Positions 27,845-37,329 of a stretch of 64,000 nucleotides of DNA are shown here, in pieces; positions within the stretch are counted from its first letter, which is position 1, and every line of letters starts with the position of its first letter. This DNA comes from a virus, in IMG/VR virus record IMGVR_UViG_3300009130_000013, positions 29,196 through 93,195 of that record. One strand, 5' to 3'. Position numbers and translations under genes: made by a program. The notes under the pieces were generated by a model, which worked only from the letters and a program-made list of their open reading frames with translations, ran no database searches and had not been told where the DNA came from.

Positions 27845-28562
27845 GTTCCGCTCCTTCTCCTGGCGCTGGATTTAAATTCGTACTTGGAATATGACCTTCT
27901 AAATCACCTTCCGACTCATAAGCATTTTGAGTTGGTTTGCCTTTAATAAGATGTGAAGGCCTATTATTAAAACCCACCCAGTTACCTTTCTTGTCTATAG
28001 TAAATCTGACTAGGCTTTTTTCTTCCCAACGTCTACTGTATGTTCCTTCGCCTTTATACATAACTTTATACGGGTTAATTTTAATAACTTCTATTGTATA
28101 CTTTGTTGGTACCCTGTCACCTTTTATACCACCATCTACTTTCTTTACAAAAGGTCTCGCATATACGTGAAGCATAACTTGGTATTCACCAGCATAAGTA
28201 CCTCTTAATGTAACTATCTCCCTATTCAATTCTATTATAGTTTCATTACCATATTCATCTATCATTTTATCGTTTTTAGAACCTAAGTCATCTTTTTCAA
28301 GATTCATAAAACCACTAGTCTTGTTTTTAAAACTAACTACTCCACCACTTGGATCAGAAACCCAAAGATCTATATCATCTTTTGATTGGTGTTCCCATTC
28401 CATTACAATTATATACTCTGCTTTTTTTACTATATCAGCCTCTTTTGCTGGTGGTTGAATAAGCAAAAAAGCAATAATAAACATGGCTCCGAATCCTGCT
28501 AACAAGATCCAGAGCATATCTAAGAACGAGGTTATACTTTTAAATTTTGTTCTATTCGCCAT
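27834..28562 (-). CDS. ExbD/TolR/MotB-like single-TM protein with atypical extracytoplasmic domain
   Basis: SFLDMLWILL (TM Asp); W...DDIDLWVSDPSG beta-rich domain. Confidence 0.7.
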   Translation of the reverse strand: MANRTKFKSITSFLDMLWILLAGFGAMFIIAFLLIQPPAKEADIVKKAEYIIVMEWEHQSKDDIDLWVSDPSGGVVSFKNKTSGFMNLEKDDLGSKNDKMIDEYGNETIIELNREIVTLRGTYAGEYQVMLHVYARPFVKKVDGGIKGDRVPTKYTIEVIKINPYKVMYKGEGTYSRRWEEKSLVRFTIDKKGNWVGFNNRPSHLIKGKPTQNAYESEGDLEGHIPSTNLNPAPGEGAEHGL

Positions 28563-29043
28563 CTTCTTGATCAAATTCTATATTCATTAATTGAACTTTT
28601 GTAATTAAAGCACCTATCATACCACATATAGTAGTATACATCGCAGTTGAAAGTCCCCTAGCCATATGACCCAAAGCGTCTTTAAGATCTTCTGGGTTAC
28701 TTGGATCTATCTGGTCGAATATCATTCCAAATAAATATATCATTCCTGCGATCGTTCCAATCAATCCTAATGTCATCATTGTTTCTGAACAGAACCAACA
28801 GACATCAATAACCTTTTTGGTGAATCCATTATACTCTTTATCTTTAGCATCAATGTTAGTTCTATAGGCGGCAATACCTGTTAGTATTGTTGCTATTAAA
28901 AATACGCCATATATTATAAAACTAATATTAGTAACGTCAGCATGATAGATATCTTTAAATACACCAAAATGCCATAACGGATAAATGCCACACAGAGTAA
29001 TCGTTGTAAGCAACCACCAACGAGGCAGAGTTTTTCTTATCAT
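28552..29043 (-). CDS. MotA/TolQ/ExbB proton-channel family protein
   Basis: LGLIGTIAGMI...GLSTAMYTTICG. Confidence 0.88.
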   Translation of the reverse strand: MIRKTLPRWWLLTTITLCGIYPLWHFGVFKDIYHADVTNISFIIYGVFLIATILTGIAAYRTNIDAKDKEYNGFTKKVIDVCWFCSETMMTLGLIGTIAGMIYLFGMIFDQIDPSNPEDLKDALGHMARGLSTAMYTTICGMIGALITKVQLMNIEFDQEDGE

Positions 29044-30065
29044 TTTGTTTTTCCTTCTGCTTCATCTAGAGCTCCGTTGAATTCCCTTATACGTTTAATA
29101 ACTGATAAAAAGTCTACGATAGTAGTCCATCTATCTATAAAGAATCCCATCGAACTTTCAACTCGTCCAAAGGCGTTAAGCACTTGGAACAAGACCCCTA
29201 GAGTAATTAGTTGATCAAAGTATGCTGGTGCTAATACAATTAAAGCTAAATTACCAACAGCTAATCCAAAAGAAGTTTGCCAAACACCAAAGCCCATATA
29301 CCAGTTAAACAGTCTGTAATAGTTCTTTTTAACTGCCGAGAACATTGGAAATAAAACATCTGTAGCTCTTTCTTTAAAATTGTCTTCTGAAAATACTAAT
29401 TGCTTCCTAAAAGTTGCTTCTACTTTCTGGTTGTTATATTCAAGTTTAGGAAGTTTCCAACCCAGAACAACTGATATTAGTGTACCACCCAATGATACGC
29501 CTAATGCTACCCATACTAAAAACCCAGGAATTATTTGGCCATTCCATACTGGTAAGCCTTCTGATAAATTCCATAGGATTGGAAGGAAGGCAAACAATAT
29601 CAATATAGACGAAAAGAATCCAGTAAACAATCCTTGTAATGTTTTACCGAATATCATTAAGTCTTCTTGAATACGCTGGCTTCCACCTTCTATTTGAGCG
29701 TCACAATTTTCCCACCTTCTTAGGTAGTAGTGTGTATTAGCCTCTCGCCAATGGAAACAATATCTTTGTGTTTGCCACGTGGCGTAAACGGCTATTGGAA
29801 CATACAAGCCTATAATTTCAATAAATGAAGGCATGGTATCTTCTGTTAGTGTAACGAAATCCCAAATCCTCTCGAGATTAAACCCTAGAAATAATTCCCA
29901 AAATCTATCTTCTTGAAGAGATTGAATAGCGTCATAAATTTCTTTATTCCAAGCATTATAAAATACTAGAATTTCTACAGTATACCAAGATATACTTAAT
30001 AATAATGACAACATAACCCAAGCATAAAAGGCCTGACTTCGTTCTAAGAAAAATGACTTTAACAT
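29040..30065 (-). CDS. sbmA: SbmA/BacA-like peptide transporter
   Basis: NAWNKEIYDAIQ, FHWR, IEGGSQRIQED, LEYNNQKVEATFRKQLVFSED, W.TIV...SV.KR. Confidence 0.88.
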   Translation of the reverse strand: MLKSFFLERSQAFYAWVMLSLLLSISWYTVEILVFYNAWNKEIYDAIQSLQEDRFWELFLGFNLERIWDFVTLTEDTMPSFIEIIGLYVPIAVYATWQTQRYCFHWREANTHYYLRRWENCDAQIEGGSQRIQEDLMIFGKTLQGLFTGFFSSILILFAFLPILWNLSEGLPVWNGQIIPGFLVWVALGVSLGGTLISVVLGWKLPKLEYNNQKVEATFRKQLVFSEDNFKERATDVLFPMFSAVKKNYYRLFNWYMGFGVWQTSFGLAVGNLALIVLAPAYFDQLITLGVLFQVLNAFGRVESSMGFFIDRWTTIVDFLSVIKRIREFNGALDEAEGKTK

Positions 30066-30077
30066 TGACTATCTCCT

Positions 30078-30902
30078 CTAATCATGTGTCCCTGACAGTA
30101 AAACTCCTTCACCTGTCACTCCCCAAAAGTTTTTATAATGTGTAGCCAATGTAGCAAGTGCTGGCTTGTACTGAAAATCTCTTGGATTTAAAAAGTACAT
30201 TGACGTAGATGGTACTTGAAGAAACAAGTACTTAATATCATCGTCTGTTATACCTAACTGATCAAGCAACATCATTATTGCCGCACTAGTTCTGTACGTT
30301 TGTGCCTCTAAAGCTCGTTTACCAACTTGTGGTAATACTTCATCTGGAGTTCTAGGACTATGTATACCAAAGTACACGTCACCAATTAAGTAACGTTTAT
30401 CTCCGCCTAAAAATATTAATGAACACGAAGAAGCACACATAACTTTGCCGTCCTTACTTGGCCATCCTGGTATTGATACCTTGCCAGGATCGTATAGTAT
30501 TTCACCGTCTTCATTAATAACAGGTGTATCTCTAACTACTGTAACTACATTTCGATGTTTTAAATGAGCCGCCAAACAAGCCCCATCAATTAATGATCCA
30601 CCGGGGCTTTCTAATATTACAGAAAAAGGCGAGCCATCATTAGGCAATTTAGCTACAATCTTTTCACAGTCGTCAACTTGAACGTAACCAGTCATTGAAT
30701 ATAATGACTTTGATAATTGTTTAAATTCTAACCCCGGTAATTGTTCGTCATTAAGTGAATGAGTATAGGGCGGGAATGGCGAAGCACCAGAACCTGTATC
30801 TTGGTTGCTAACAAACCAAAAAATATTTCCCACAAGTATCGATACTAATATAATGCCCGATAATAGGAACCATCTAGTTTCCTGAAAAAACGACTTAAAC
30901 AT
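30078..30902 (-). CDS. membrane-anchored ClpP/crotonase-fold exported protein
   Basis: N-terminal TM; LESPGGS, CASSCSLIFLGG, GIHSP. Confidence 0.75.
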   Translation of the reverse strand: MFKSFFQETRWFLLSGIILVSILVGNIFWFVSNQDTGSGASPFPPYTHSLNDEQLPGLEFKQLSKSLYSMTGYVQVDDCEKIVAKLPNDGSPFSVILESPGGSLIDGACLAAHLKHRNVVTVVRDTPVINEDGEILYDPGKVSIPGWPSKDGKVMCASSCSLIFLGGDKRYLIGDVYFGIHSPRTPDEVLPQVGKRALEAQTYRTSAAIMMLLDQLGITDDDIKYLFLQVPSTSMYFLNPRDFQYKPALATLATHYKNFWGVTGEGVLLSGTHD

Positions 30903-31093
30903 ACCTTTGTTTTCCTTTTCTTCTTAGTAGCCATTTTTGTTTCCTATTTGGGCTTAGAGTTATTTCTGTGACACCTATTGTCTTAATGATAGTCTACACA
31001 TCCTTATTAAAATGTTATAGTATTATTTATTTTAAAATCAAACCATAGATAAATGGCCATTAAAGTTTTTATTTTTTTAACATAAATTAGGTC

Positions 31094-31122
31094 TTGACAA
31101 GTTGCTCGAAATGTGTTATAGT
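31094..31122 (+). promoter_or_regulatory. sigma70-type promoter
   Basis: TTGACA-N17-TATAGT with extended TG. Confidence 0.75.
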
Positions 31123-31156
31123 ATACTAATAATAACGAAAATGAATAATCAATAAC

Positions 31157-31774
31157 ATGAAAAAAACAATATTAACAGATGTAGATGGAGTACTCTTAAA
31201 TTGGGAGTATGCTTTCGATGTTTGGATGATCGAACAAGGATTTAGAAAACAAGAAGGCGAAGAATTTGTATACGGAATGAATGTTCGTTACGGAATTGAA
31301 CAATCACAAGCCAAAAAACTCATTAAAACCTTTAATGAGAGTGCTGTAATGGGGTTTATTCCTCCTTTAAGAGATGCTGTTGAATATGTAACTAAAATGG
31401 CTGATGAAGGATATACCTTTCATGCTATTACTAGTATGAGTACACAATATCATGCTAAAAAACTTCGTAAACAAAACTTAGACAAATTATTTGGAGAAAA
31501 TGTATTTACAGAAGTTGTTTGTTTAAGTACAGGTGCTGATAAAGACGAAGCATTAGCAGTATACAAAAATAGTGGAATGTGGTGGATCGAGGATAAAGTA
31601 GTTAACGCTCATGCGGGAGCAAGAGTAGGATTAAAGCCTATTGTTATGGAACATGGTTTTAATATGAACGATGAACATTCATTTCCTGTAGCAAAAACCT
31701 GGAAGGACATTTACAACATTGTCAAAGGTAAATCAATAAAAACCGATATACTCAAGATTCAAAAAACTGGATAA
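31157..31774 (+). CDS. HAD-family 5'-nucleotidase-like phosphatase
   Basis: TDVDGVL, ITS, K, WIED motifs. Confidence 0.85.
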   Translation: MKKTILTDVDGVLLNWEYAFDVWMIEQGFRKQEGEEFVYGMNVRYGIEQSQAKKLIKTFNESAVMGFIPPLRDAVEYVTKMADEGYTFHAITSMSTQYHAKKLRKQNLDKLFGENVFTEVVCLSTGADKDEALAVYKNSGMWWIEDKVVNAHAGARVGLKPIVMEHGFNMNDEHSFPVAKTWKDIYNIVKGKSIKTDILKIQKTG

Positions 31775-31784
31775 TCACTCAAGA

Positions 31785-31813
31785 AAATAGAGCGATTTTA
31801 GGTCGCTCTATTT
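31785..31813. terminator. bidirectional intrinsic terminator
   Basis: AAATAGAGCGA...TCGCTCTATTT between convergent genes. Confidence 0.8.
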
Positions 31814-31827
31814 AAATATTACTTTGA

Positions 31828-31935
31828 TTAACCGCCAGTTACTTCTGCCGGTGTAGGAGTGAAAATTCCGTATTGCCATAACGCCAAAGCGACAACAATA
31901 ACTATTCCTCCCCATATCCATTTATTCTTCATCAT
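31828..31935 (-). CDS. single-TM micropeptide (35 aa, not in ORF track)
   Basis: MMKNKWIWGGIVIVVALALWQYGIFTPTPAEVTGG; SD GAGGA. Confidence 0.65.
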   Translation of the reverse strand: MMKNKWIWGGIVIVVALALWQYGIFTPTPAEVTGG

Positions 31936-32038
31936 TTCAATTTCCTCTAAAATGAGTAAAACTGAGTGCGGTTCAGACTCGCAAAGTTTTTAATTAACTC
32001 TTAGCCACACTCGGAGTCAAACATAATATTCTAATAAC

Positions 32039-32272
32039 TTACTTCGCTTTATATAAGTTATATAAAATCCAAACAGCAACCAAACCAAGTAAACCTTGCT
32101 CTGAGAACCCTGCTAGAATTGACTGAACATTACCTATAACAGATATGTTCGGCCAGAACGGAATGTTTTGACCACTAAAAAGAACTTCAAGCACTATGCC
32201 TAAAGCTATTAGGCTTACGCCTGTGTCAGCTAGAGACGATGCCCAGCCTTTTATTTTTGTCATAATGTCCAT
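32039..32272 (-). CDS. small 2-TM membrane protein
   Basis: SD AAGGAG; TAAATA upstream; hydrophobic. Confidence 0.75.
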   Translation of the reverse strand: MDIMTKIKGWASSLADTGVSLIALGIVLEVLFSGQNIPFWPNISVIGNVQSILAGFSEQGLLGLVAVWILYNLYKAK

Positions 32273-32460
32273 ATTGGATCTCCTTTATGTTCACTGAAAA
32301 AGTTAATCAGCAGTAATATTTACTGGTTCTCCGATCATGAGTTATAACATCTGAAATGGTCTTAGGTACCAAAAACAGCGAAACCGCCAGGACTAATATT
32401 CGTGGCCAGCCAGTTATCCACAAGTTATATAGGTGTTTAACCTCTATTCTTAATTATTCT

Positions 32461-33183
32461 TTAAATTTCGCCATATAATGCTAAAACCTCCGCAACAGCT
32501 GGATGCCGTTCGATGTCTTTGTTTGTGAACTGACAAGATCTAATATATCTCATTTCTTTTCCATTGGTGATCATGTTAAAATTCAATAACCCATTATTAG
32601 AATCTTTCTTATCAGCTTGTTTGACGTCACCGGTTACTACAATCTTTGAACCTTCACCTAAGCGGGTAAGTAACATCTTTATCTGACTTGGAGTGGCATT
32701 TTGCATTTCATCTGCTATGATCCACGATTTTTTAAAAGTTCTTCCTCGCATGAATGCTAGTGGACTAATTTCTATTATTTCTTCTTCTAACATCCTAGTA
32801 ATTTCTTTAGGACTGTAATATTCCTTCAACACGTCAAAGAGGGGCTTTGTCCACGGTTCCATTTTCGCATTTAAATCACCTGGTAAGAAACCATGTCGTT
32901 CGTCATCAACTCCTACAGCTGGTCTTGTTAATACTAATTTATTAACGTGACTTAATCTCAAAGATCTAATAGCCGCTAACATGGCCAAATATGTTTTACC
33001 AGTACCAGCTGGGCCGCTAGTAATAGCTATTGAACATTTGGGGTCTGTTAGTATATCCACATAGTGTTCTTGTGCTAAAGATCTAGGTATTATTTGTGGG
33101 GGTTTATTACGAATGTTGTCAAAATGTAATGTATTATCAGCATAAGCTAGGTTATGCTTTTGTTTTCTGTGTTTTCTTGACAT
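32461..33183 (-). CDS. phoH: PhoH-family ATPase
   Basis: GPAGTGKT, LTRPAV, GFLPG, MRGRT, DEMQN, TRLG, GD..Q.D, RHP. Confidence 0.95.
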   Translation of the reverse strand: MSRKHRKQKHNLAYADNTLHFDNIRNKPPQIIPRSLAQEHYVDILTDPKCSIAITSGPAGTGKTYLAMLAAIRSLRLSHVNKLVLTRPAVGVDDERHGFLPGDLNAKMEPWTKPLFDVLKEYYSPKEITRMLEEEIIEISPLAFMRGRTFKKSWIIADEMQNATPSQIKMLLTRLGEGSKIVVTGDVKQADKKDSNNGLLNFNMITNGKEMRYIRSCQFTNKDIERHPAVAEVLALYGEI

Positions 33184-33350
33184 TAGTGCCTCCTATAAAC
33201 AATGTCTAGTGGCTCGATTCTTATCCATTTCTATCAGTGGATTTATCTTAACCACTATAAGTATTTAATGAGCAGGAGCAAAACCATATAACTTATGTAA
33301 TATTCTTGTTTTTCGAGCTAAATACAACATACATATAGACGGATTATTAA

Positions 33351-33899
33351 ATGAAAGCATTGGACATAACTGAAACACTTAAAACACTATACAACTCTGA
33401 TAGTTTTACAGAAACACTAGTAGACTTTGAAAGAGTACTAGATGCTGTTCACCTTTACAGTTATAAGAACTGGTTAGACGGTGAATTAGTCTTAGGACCT
33501 GTTACTGAACGACATTGGGTAACAGCTTCTTTTTTATGGCCTGAAAAGAAAATGCCAGACCCAGATGGTGCTAGACGACTTTTAGACTATGGTGCTAAAG
33601 TAACTTTTCGAAAAGACATTTTAGAAACACCTATGAAAATAACAGCTGACATGGTTCATAATAGAGACAGCTTTACAGACAGTGGTCGCTATCCTAAAAT
33701 GATTAAAGAAAAAGTTTGGATAGTAGAAATTATTATGCCAAAGCAACTAATGACAGAAATTTATAGAGGTAGTGTTGAGATCGAAGGCGACACTTACGAC
33801 ATGGAAGATATTACAGCAACAAACGAAACTGGAACTACTGAAACAGATATAGTAACTCCAGAACCTGGAGCAGAAATAGACGCAGGAGTAGAAATATAA
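33351..33899 (+). CDS. conserved phage protein
   Basis: DFERVLD...NW..GE...MPDPDG; TAAATA at 33319. Confidence 0.75.
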   Translation: MKALDITETLKTLYNSDSFTETLVDFERVLDAVHLYSYKNWLDGELVLGPVTERHWVTASFLWPEKKMPDPDGARRLLDYGAKVTFRKDILETPMKITADMVHNRDSFTDSGRYPKMIKEKVWIVEIIMPKQLMTEIYRGSVEIEGDTYDMEDITATNETGTTETDIVTPEPGAEIDAGVEI

Positions 33900-34357
33900 T
33901 GGGACTCAAACACGGCGACCTTAGAATGACAATTAACGATCATGTTGAAGTAGATCGTTATAAAGCAAAAATGGGCACAGACGAAGATGTTTGTGTTGTT
34001 AACTTTTTTGTTGAAAACAAAGAAGCAGGAAAAGATTTAGTTGACTTTCTAGAATCAGGTTATGAATGGATCTTAGATGCGGCTGTGTCACCAGGCACTA
34101 ATAGACACGGAAAATATATGGTGTTTGTTGAAGCTGAAAGAGATGAAAGCATTAGAGAAAATATTGGATATATGCTTTCAGAAGTAAGCAAAGTTGCTGA
34201 AATTGAAAAATGGAAATTTAGATACAGTAAAAGCCCAATCAGTAAAGAAGTTAATGAAGAAGCATTGGCTTCAATACCAAATTCAGCTGAAACTTATAAT
34301 CATTTTTTAGCTGACTCAGAAATAATTGACAATATCAAAAAGGCAATAAACTTATAA
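33899..34357 (+). CDS. conserved phage protein
   Basis: Coupled ORF; KMG.DEDV.V..F...DL..F.E.GY. Confidence 0.75.
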   Translation: MGLKHGDLRMTINDHVEVDRYKAKMGTDEDVCVVNFFVENKEAGKDLVDFLESGYEWILDAAVSPGTNRHGKYMVFVEAERDESIRENIGYMLSEVSKVAEIEKWKFRYSKSPISKEVNEEALASIPNSAETYNHFLADSEIIDNIKKAINL

Positions 34358-34406
34358 TTGCCTTTAATAAGTATGTTAGAAGCATACAACTAGAAGGACA
34401 TATCAA

Positions 34407-35243
34407 ATGAGTTTTAAGTTCGATTTTACAAAAGATCAATTATCAAGTATTCTATCAAAAAACAATGAAGTAAATGAATGGTATGAACTAATGAAAGACT
34501 TACTACCAAAATACGACATTGATACAGAAAATAGAGTAGCAGGATTTTTAGCACAATGCGGACATGAAAGTTTACAGTTTACAGTATTAAAAGAAAACTT
34601 AAACTACAGTTCAGATGCTCTTAACAGAGTATTTCCAAAGTATTTTAAAAATGCTGGCAGAGATGCTACAGAGTATCACAGGCAACCTGAAAAAATTGCT
34701 AACGTTATCTATGCTAATAGGATGGACAACGGAGACACAGCGTCAGGAGATGGATATAGATTCCGTGGACGTGGTGTAATACAATTAACAGGTAGAAGTA
34801 ACTACACTAGATTTGGTGAGTCTATTAATAAATCACCAGAAGAAGTTGTAGAATATTTAGGAACTAAACAAGGTGCTCTTGAAAGTGCTTGTTGGTTTTG
34901 GAGTACAAATGGATTAAATAGATATGCTGACAGTCAAGATATTGTTGGTATGACTAAAAGAATTAACGGCGGAACAATAGGTTTAGAAGATCGTAAAAAA
35001 CATTATGAACACGCTCTTGAAACATTTGATGGACATTATAAACCTATAAGAAGTTTTGAATCAGTTAGAAAAGGTTCTAAAGGACAAACGGTTATGGAAG
35101 TACAAAGAAAATTAGGAATTATGCCAGTTGATGGCATCTTTGGTTCTGGTACTGAGAACCGTGTTAAAAGATGGCAACAAAGTGTTGGCCTAACTCCAGA
35201 TGGTATTATGGGACCAAAATCTTTAGGAAAACTACTAGGATAA
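34407..35243 (+). CDS. GH19 endolysin with C-terminal peptidoglycan-binding domain
   Basis: FLAQCGHES, ENLNYS, RGRGVIQLTG, RINGG; DGIFG...WQ...GL.PDGIMG. Confidence 0.92.
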   Translation: MSFKFDFTKDQLSSILSKNNEVNEWYELMKDLLPKYDIDTENRVAGFLAQCGHESLQFTVLKENLNYSSDALNRVFPKYFKNAGRDATEYHRQPEKIANVIYANRMDNGDTASGDGYRFRGRGVIQLTGRSNYTRFGESINKSPEEVVEYLGTKQGALESACWFWSTNGLNRYADSQDIVGMTKRINGGTIGLEDRKKHYEHALETFDGHYKPIRSFESVRKGSKGQTVMEVQRKLGIMPVDGIFGSGTENRVKRWQQSVGLTPDGIMGPKSLGKLLG

Positions 35244-35247
35244 AATT

Positions 35248-35742
35248 ATGGGACTAAAACTAGCATTGATAATGATGGTATTAATGGCCGCCATGGGCGG
35301 AGCAGGATATTGGTATTATCAAGATACACAGAAAAAAATGAATATACTTGTAGCTAATGAGGCCAAAGCAACTGTGGCGGCTGAAGTGGCAGAAGCATCT
35401 GTACAAGCTATGAAAGAATCCTATGAAGCTATGGACCGAGAAAACAAAATAATCAAAGCAAAGTATAAAGAAATAGAAGACCGAGCTGATAGATTACAAA
35501 ACAAATTATCTAAACATGACATAGGCGTACTAGGAATTGCTAGAGATAGTTTAACAGAACAAGTAATTACTAAAATGTCAAATAGTTCTTTACGATGTAT
35601 AGAAATTACTAGCGGAGCAGAGTTAACAGAACAAGAATTATTAGCAACTAAACCAAGTGAAATTAATTCTGAATGTTATGAAATAGCTAACCCTAACTTT
35701 GATCCTAAATTATATCCTGTATGGCTGGAGAAAAATCAATGA
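35248..35742 (+). CDS. putative inner-membrane spanin (Rz-like)
   Basis: N-terminal TM, coiled coil, two Cys; follows endolysin. Confidence 0.65.
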   Translation: MGLKLALIMMVLMAAMGGAGYWYYQDTQKKMNILVANEAKATVAAEVAEASVQAMKESYEAMDRENKIIKAKYKEIEDRADRLQNKLSKHDIGVLGIARDSLTEQVITKMSNSSLRCIEITSGAELTEQELLATKPSEINSECYEIANPNFDPKLYPVWLEKNQ

Positions 35743-36185
35743 GAACAATAGCTATTTTTATTATCGCTACTCTGTTTTTGGCAGGCTGTAGCACTACACC
35801 TAGAGTACTAGAAGTTTCAGCAGTACCTATAGACAAACCTCAACTAATATTACCAGATGTTGATAAACTAGAACTAAAAGAAATTGAATGGATTGTAATT
35901 AATGAAGCAAATGTCCAAGAAGTTTGGAAACGTATATCAGACGATAAAAAAGATGTAGTCCTGTTTGGGCTAACTGATGACGGATATGAACAATTATCAA
36001 TAAACTTATCTGACATAATGACATTGATACAACAACAAAAAGCTATCATAGTGGCTTATAGAAATTACTATGAAGAAGCCAACGAAGCTCTTGATAATGC
36101 TAATTCGCAAAACAAGAAAGTAAACAAACAAGTCGAAGATGCTAACACAAAAGAAGCTAATAAAAAGTGGTGGCAAATCAAGTAA
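35739..36185 (+). CDS. putative outer-membrane spanin lipoprotein (Rz1-like)
   Basis: Lipobox LAGC; ATGA coupling at 35739. Confidence 0.7.
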   Translation: MRTIAIFIIATLFLAGCSTTPRVLEVSAVPIDKPQLILPDVDKLELKEIEWIVINEANVQEVWKRISDDKKDVVLFGLTDDGYEQLSINLSDIMTLIQQQKAIIVAYRNYYEEANEALDNANSQNKKVNKQVEDANTKEANKKWWQIK

Positions 36186-36285
36186 AGTAGCTTTACACCT
36201 CTAAGAACGCTATCCAAATGCTTTCTTAATCTCTCCTTTTGACCTTTTAATCTTAATAAATACATAATAAAGGAGCAATTTTAAT

Positions 36286-36528
36286 ATGTGGTTTTTTCTA
36301 ATTAAAGCAATAGCTGGTGGAATCATTGGCAATGCTACAGCAAATTGGTTTCGTGATACAAAACTAGGTGTCTGGTTTTATAACAAAATGGATAGTTTAT
36401 ATAACTGGGCGGCTAAACGTTACCATCTCAAGCTTCTAACTGACGAAGAAAAACAAATGAAGAAATTCCCAGCTTTAAAAGAAAGACTGGACTCAATGGA
36501 CAAACGACTTAAAAAGTTAGAAAAGTAA
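36286..36528 (+). CDS. hypothetical protein
   Basis: SD AAGGAG; TAAATA at 36257. Confidence 0.7.
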   Translation: MWFFLIKAIAGGIIGNATANWFRDTKLGVWFYNKMDSLYNWAAKRYHLKLLTDEEKQMKKFPALKERLDSMDKRLKKLEK

Positions 36529-36532
36529 GACA

Positions 36533-36967
36533 ATGGAAATATTCGACCAAATGGGAATGGACGTAGCTGATTTAATAGGGCCGTGGATAGCGATCCTAAT
36601 ATCAGTTTCTGCGGTATTCTGGTTTAAAGACTTTATAGGTAATATGGTACAGGGTTTAAAGTTTAAATGGAACCCTGCTTTTAAAGAAGGCGATAGTGTA
36701 TTACTTGATGGCGATGATGCTATTATTGTTAAAATAGGATTATGGTCAACTGTATTTGGTGTGTATGGCGAAAAAGGATATACTTGGAGGTATGTTCCAA
36801 ATACTCGTATACCATTTTTAAAATTAGAAAAAATAGTTAACCCTGATTTACACTTGGATAGTAAAGGTGAAAAGGGTAGACGAATAAAAGAATTACTCGA
36901 CGAAGCTCAAAATCAAGCAATATCAAAAAATAGAGAAGACATCGATAATTTAAAAGGTAAGAAATAA
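36533..36967 (+). CDS. MscS-like (short) membrane protein
   Basis: KDFIGNMVQG...FKEGD.V.LDG....VKIGL.ST......VPN. Confidence 0.65.
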   Translation: MEIFDQMGMDVADLIGPWIAILISVSAVFWFKDFIGNMVQGLKFKWNPAFKEGDSVLLDGDDAIIVKIGLWSTVFGVYGEKGYTWRYVPNTRIPFLKLEKIVNPDLHLDSKGEKGRRIKELLDEAQNQAISKNREDIDNLKGKK

Positions 36968-36979
36968 GGAGTATAATAA

Positions 36980-37288
36980 ATGAGTGATGAAGTCACAAAG
37001 AAAAAAGTAAATATTGAGCTTGAAGTAGATACAAGCATTGTAGATAGTTCTCAGAACAAATATCGTACAGTAATCGATTTAGCGAAAGCAGTAGACAGTT
37101 GGCGAATTTTCCCAAGAATTTTCATCACTACATATATAGTTCTGCTCTACAAAGTAGTTGTTTGGTTTATGGCCTTAGAAGCTCCAAATTTTGAACAAAG
37201 TGGATTAGTATCAATAGTAGTTGGTGCTGGTGCGGCTTGGTTCGGTTTATATTGTGGTTCTAGCAAGTTTAAAGGCAACAAAGAATAA
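36980..37288 (+). CDS. holin-like 2-TM protein
   Basis: DSWRIFPR, two TM helices, near lysis genes. Confidence 0.55.
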   Translation: MSDEVTKKKVNIELEVDTSIVDSSQNKYRTVIDLAKAVDSWRIFPRIFITTYIVLLYKVVVWFMALEAPNFEQSGLVSIVVGAGAAWFGLYCGSSKFKGNKE

Positions 37289-37293
37289 TTAAC

Positions 37294-37322
37294 TTGACAA
37301 AGAACTTGATATATTATATAAT
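37294..37322 (+). promoter_or_regulatory. sigma70-type promoter, probably leaderless dnaJ mRNA
   Basis: TTGACA-N17-TATAAT, ATG follows after a 7 nt gap. Confidence 0.8.
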
Positions 37323-37329
37323 ATAAACT

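Noticed and set aside
32414-32422. Perfect DnaA box TTATCCACA suggesting an origin
   Set aside because: Single copy, plausible by chance; the phage has its own replisome
36068-36265. Minus-strand 65-aa ORF
   Set aside because: Overlaps the spanin gene, no SD, and its start coincides with the plus-strand late box
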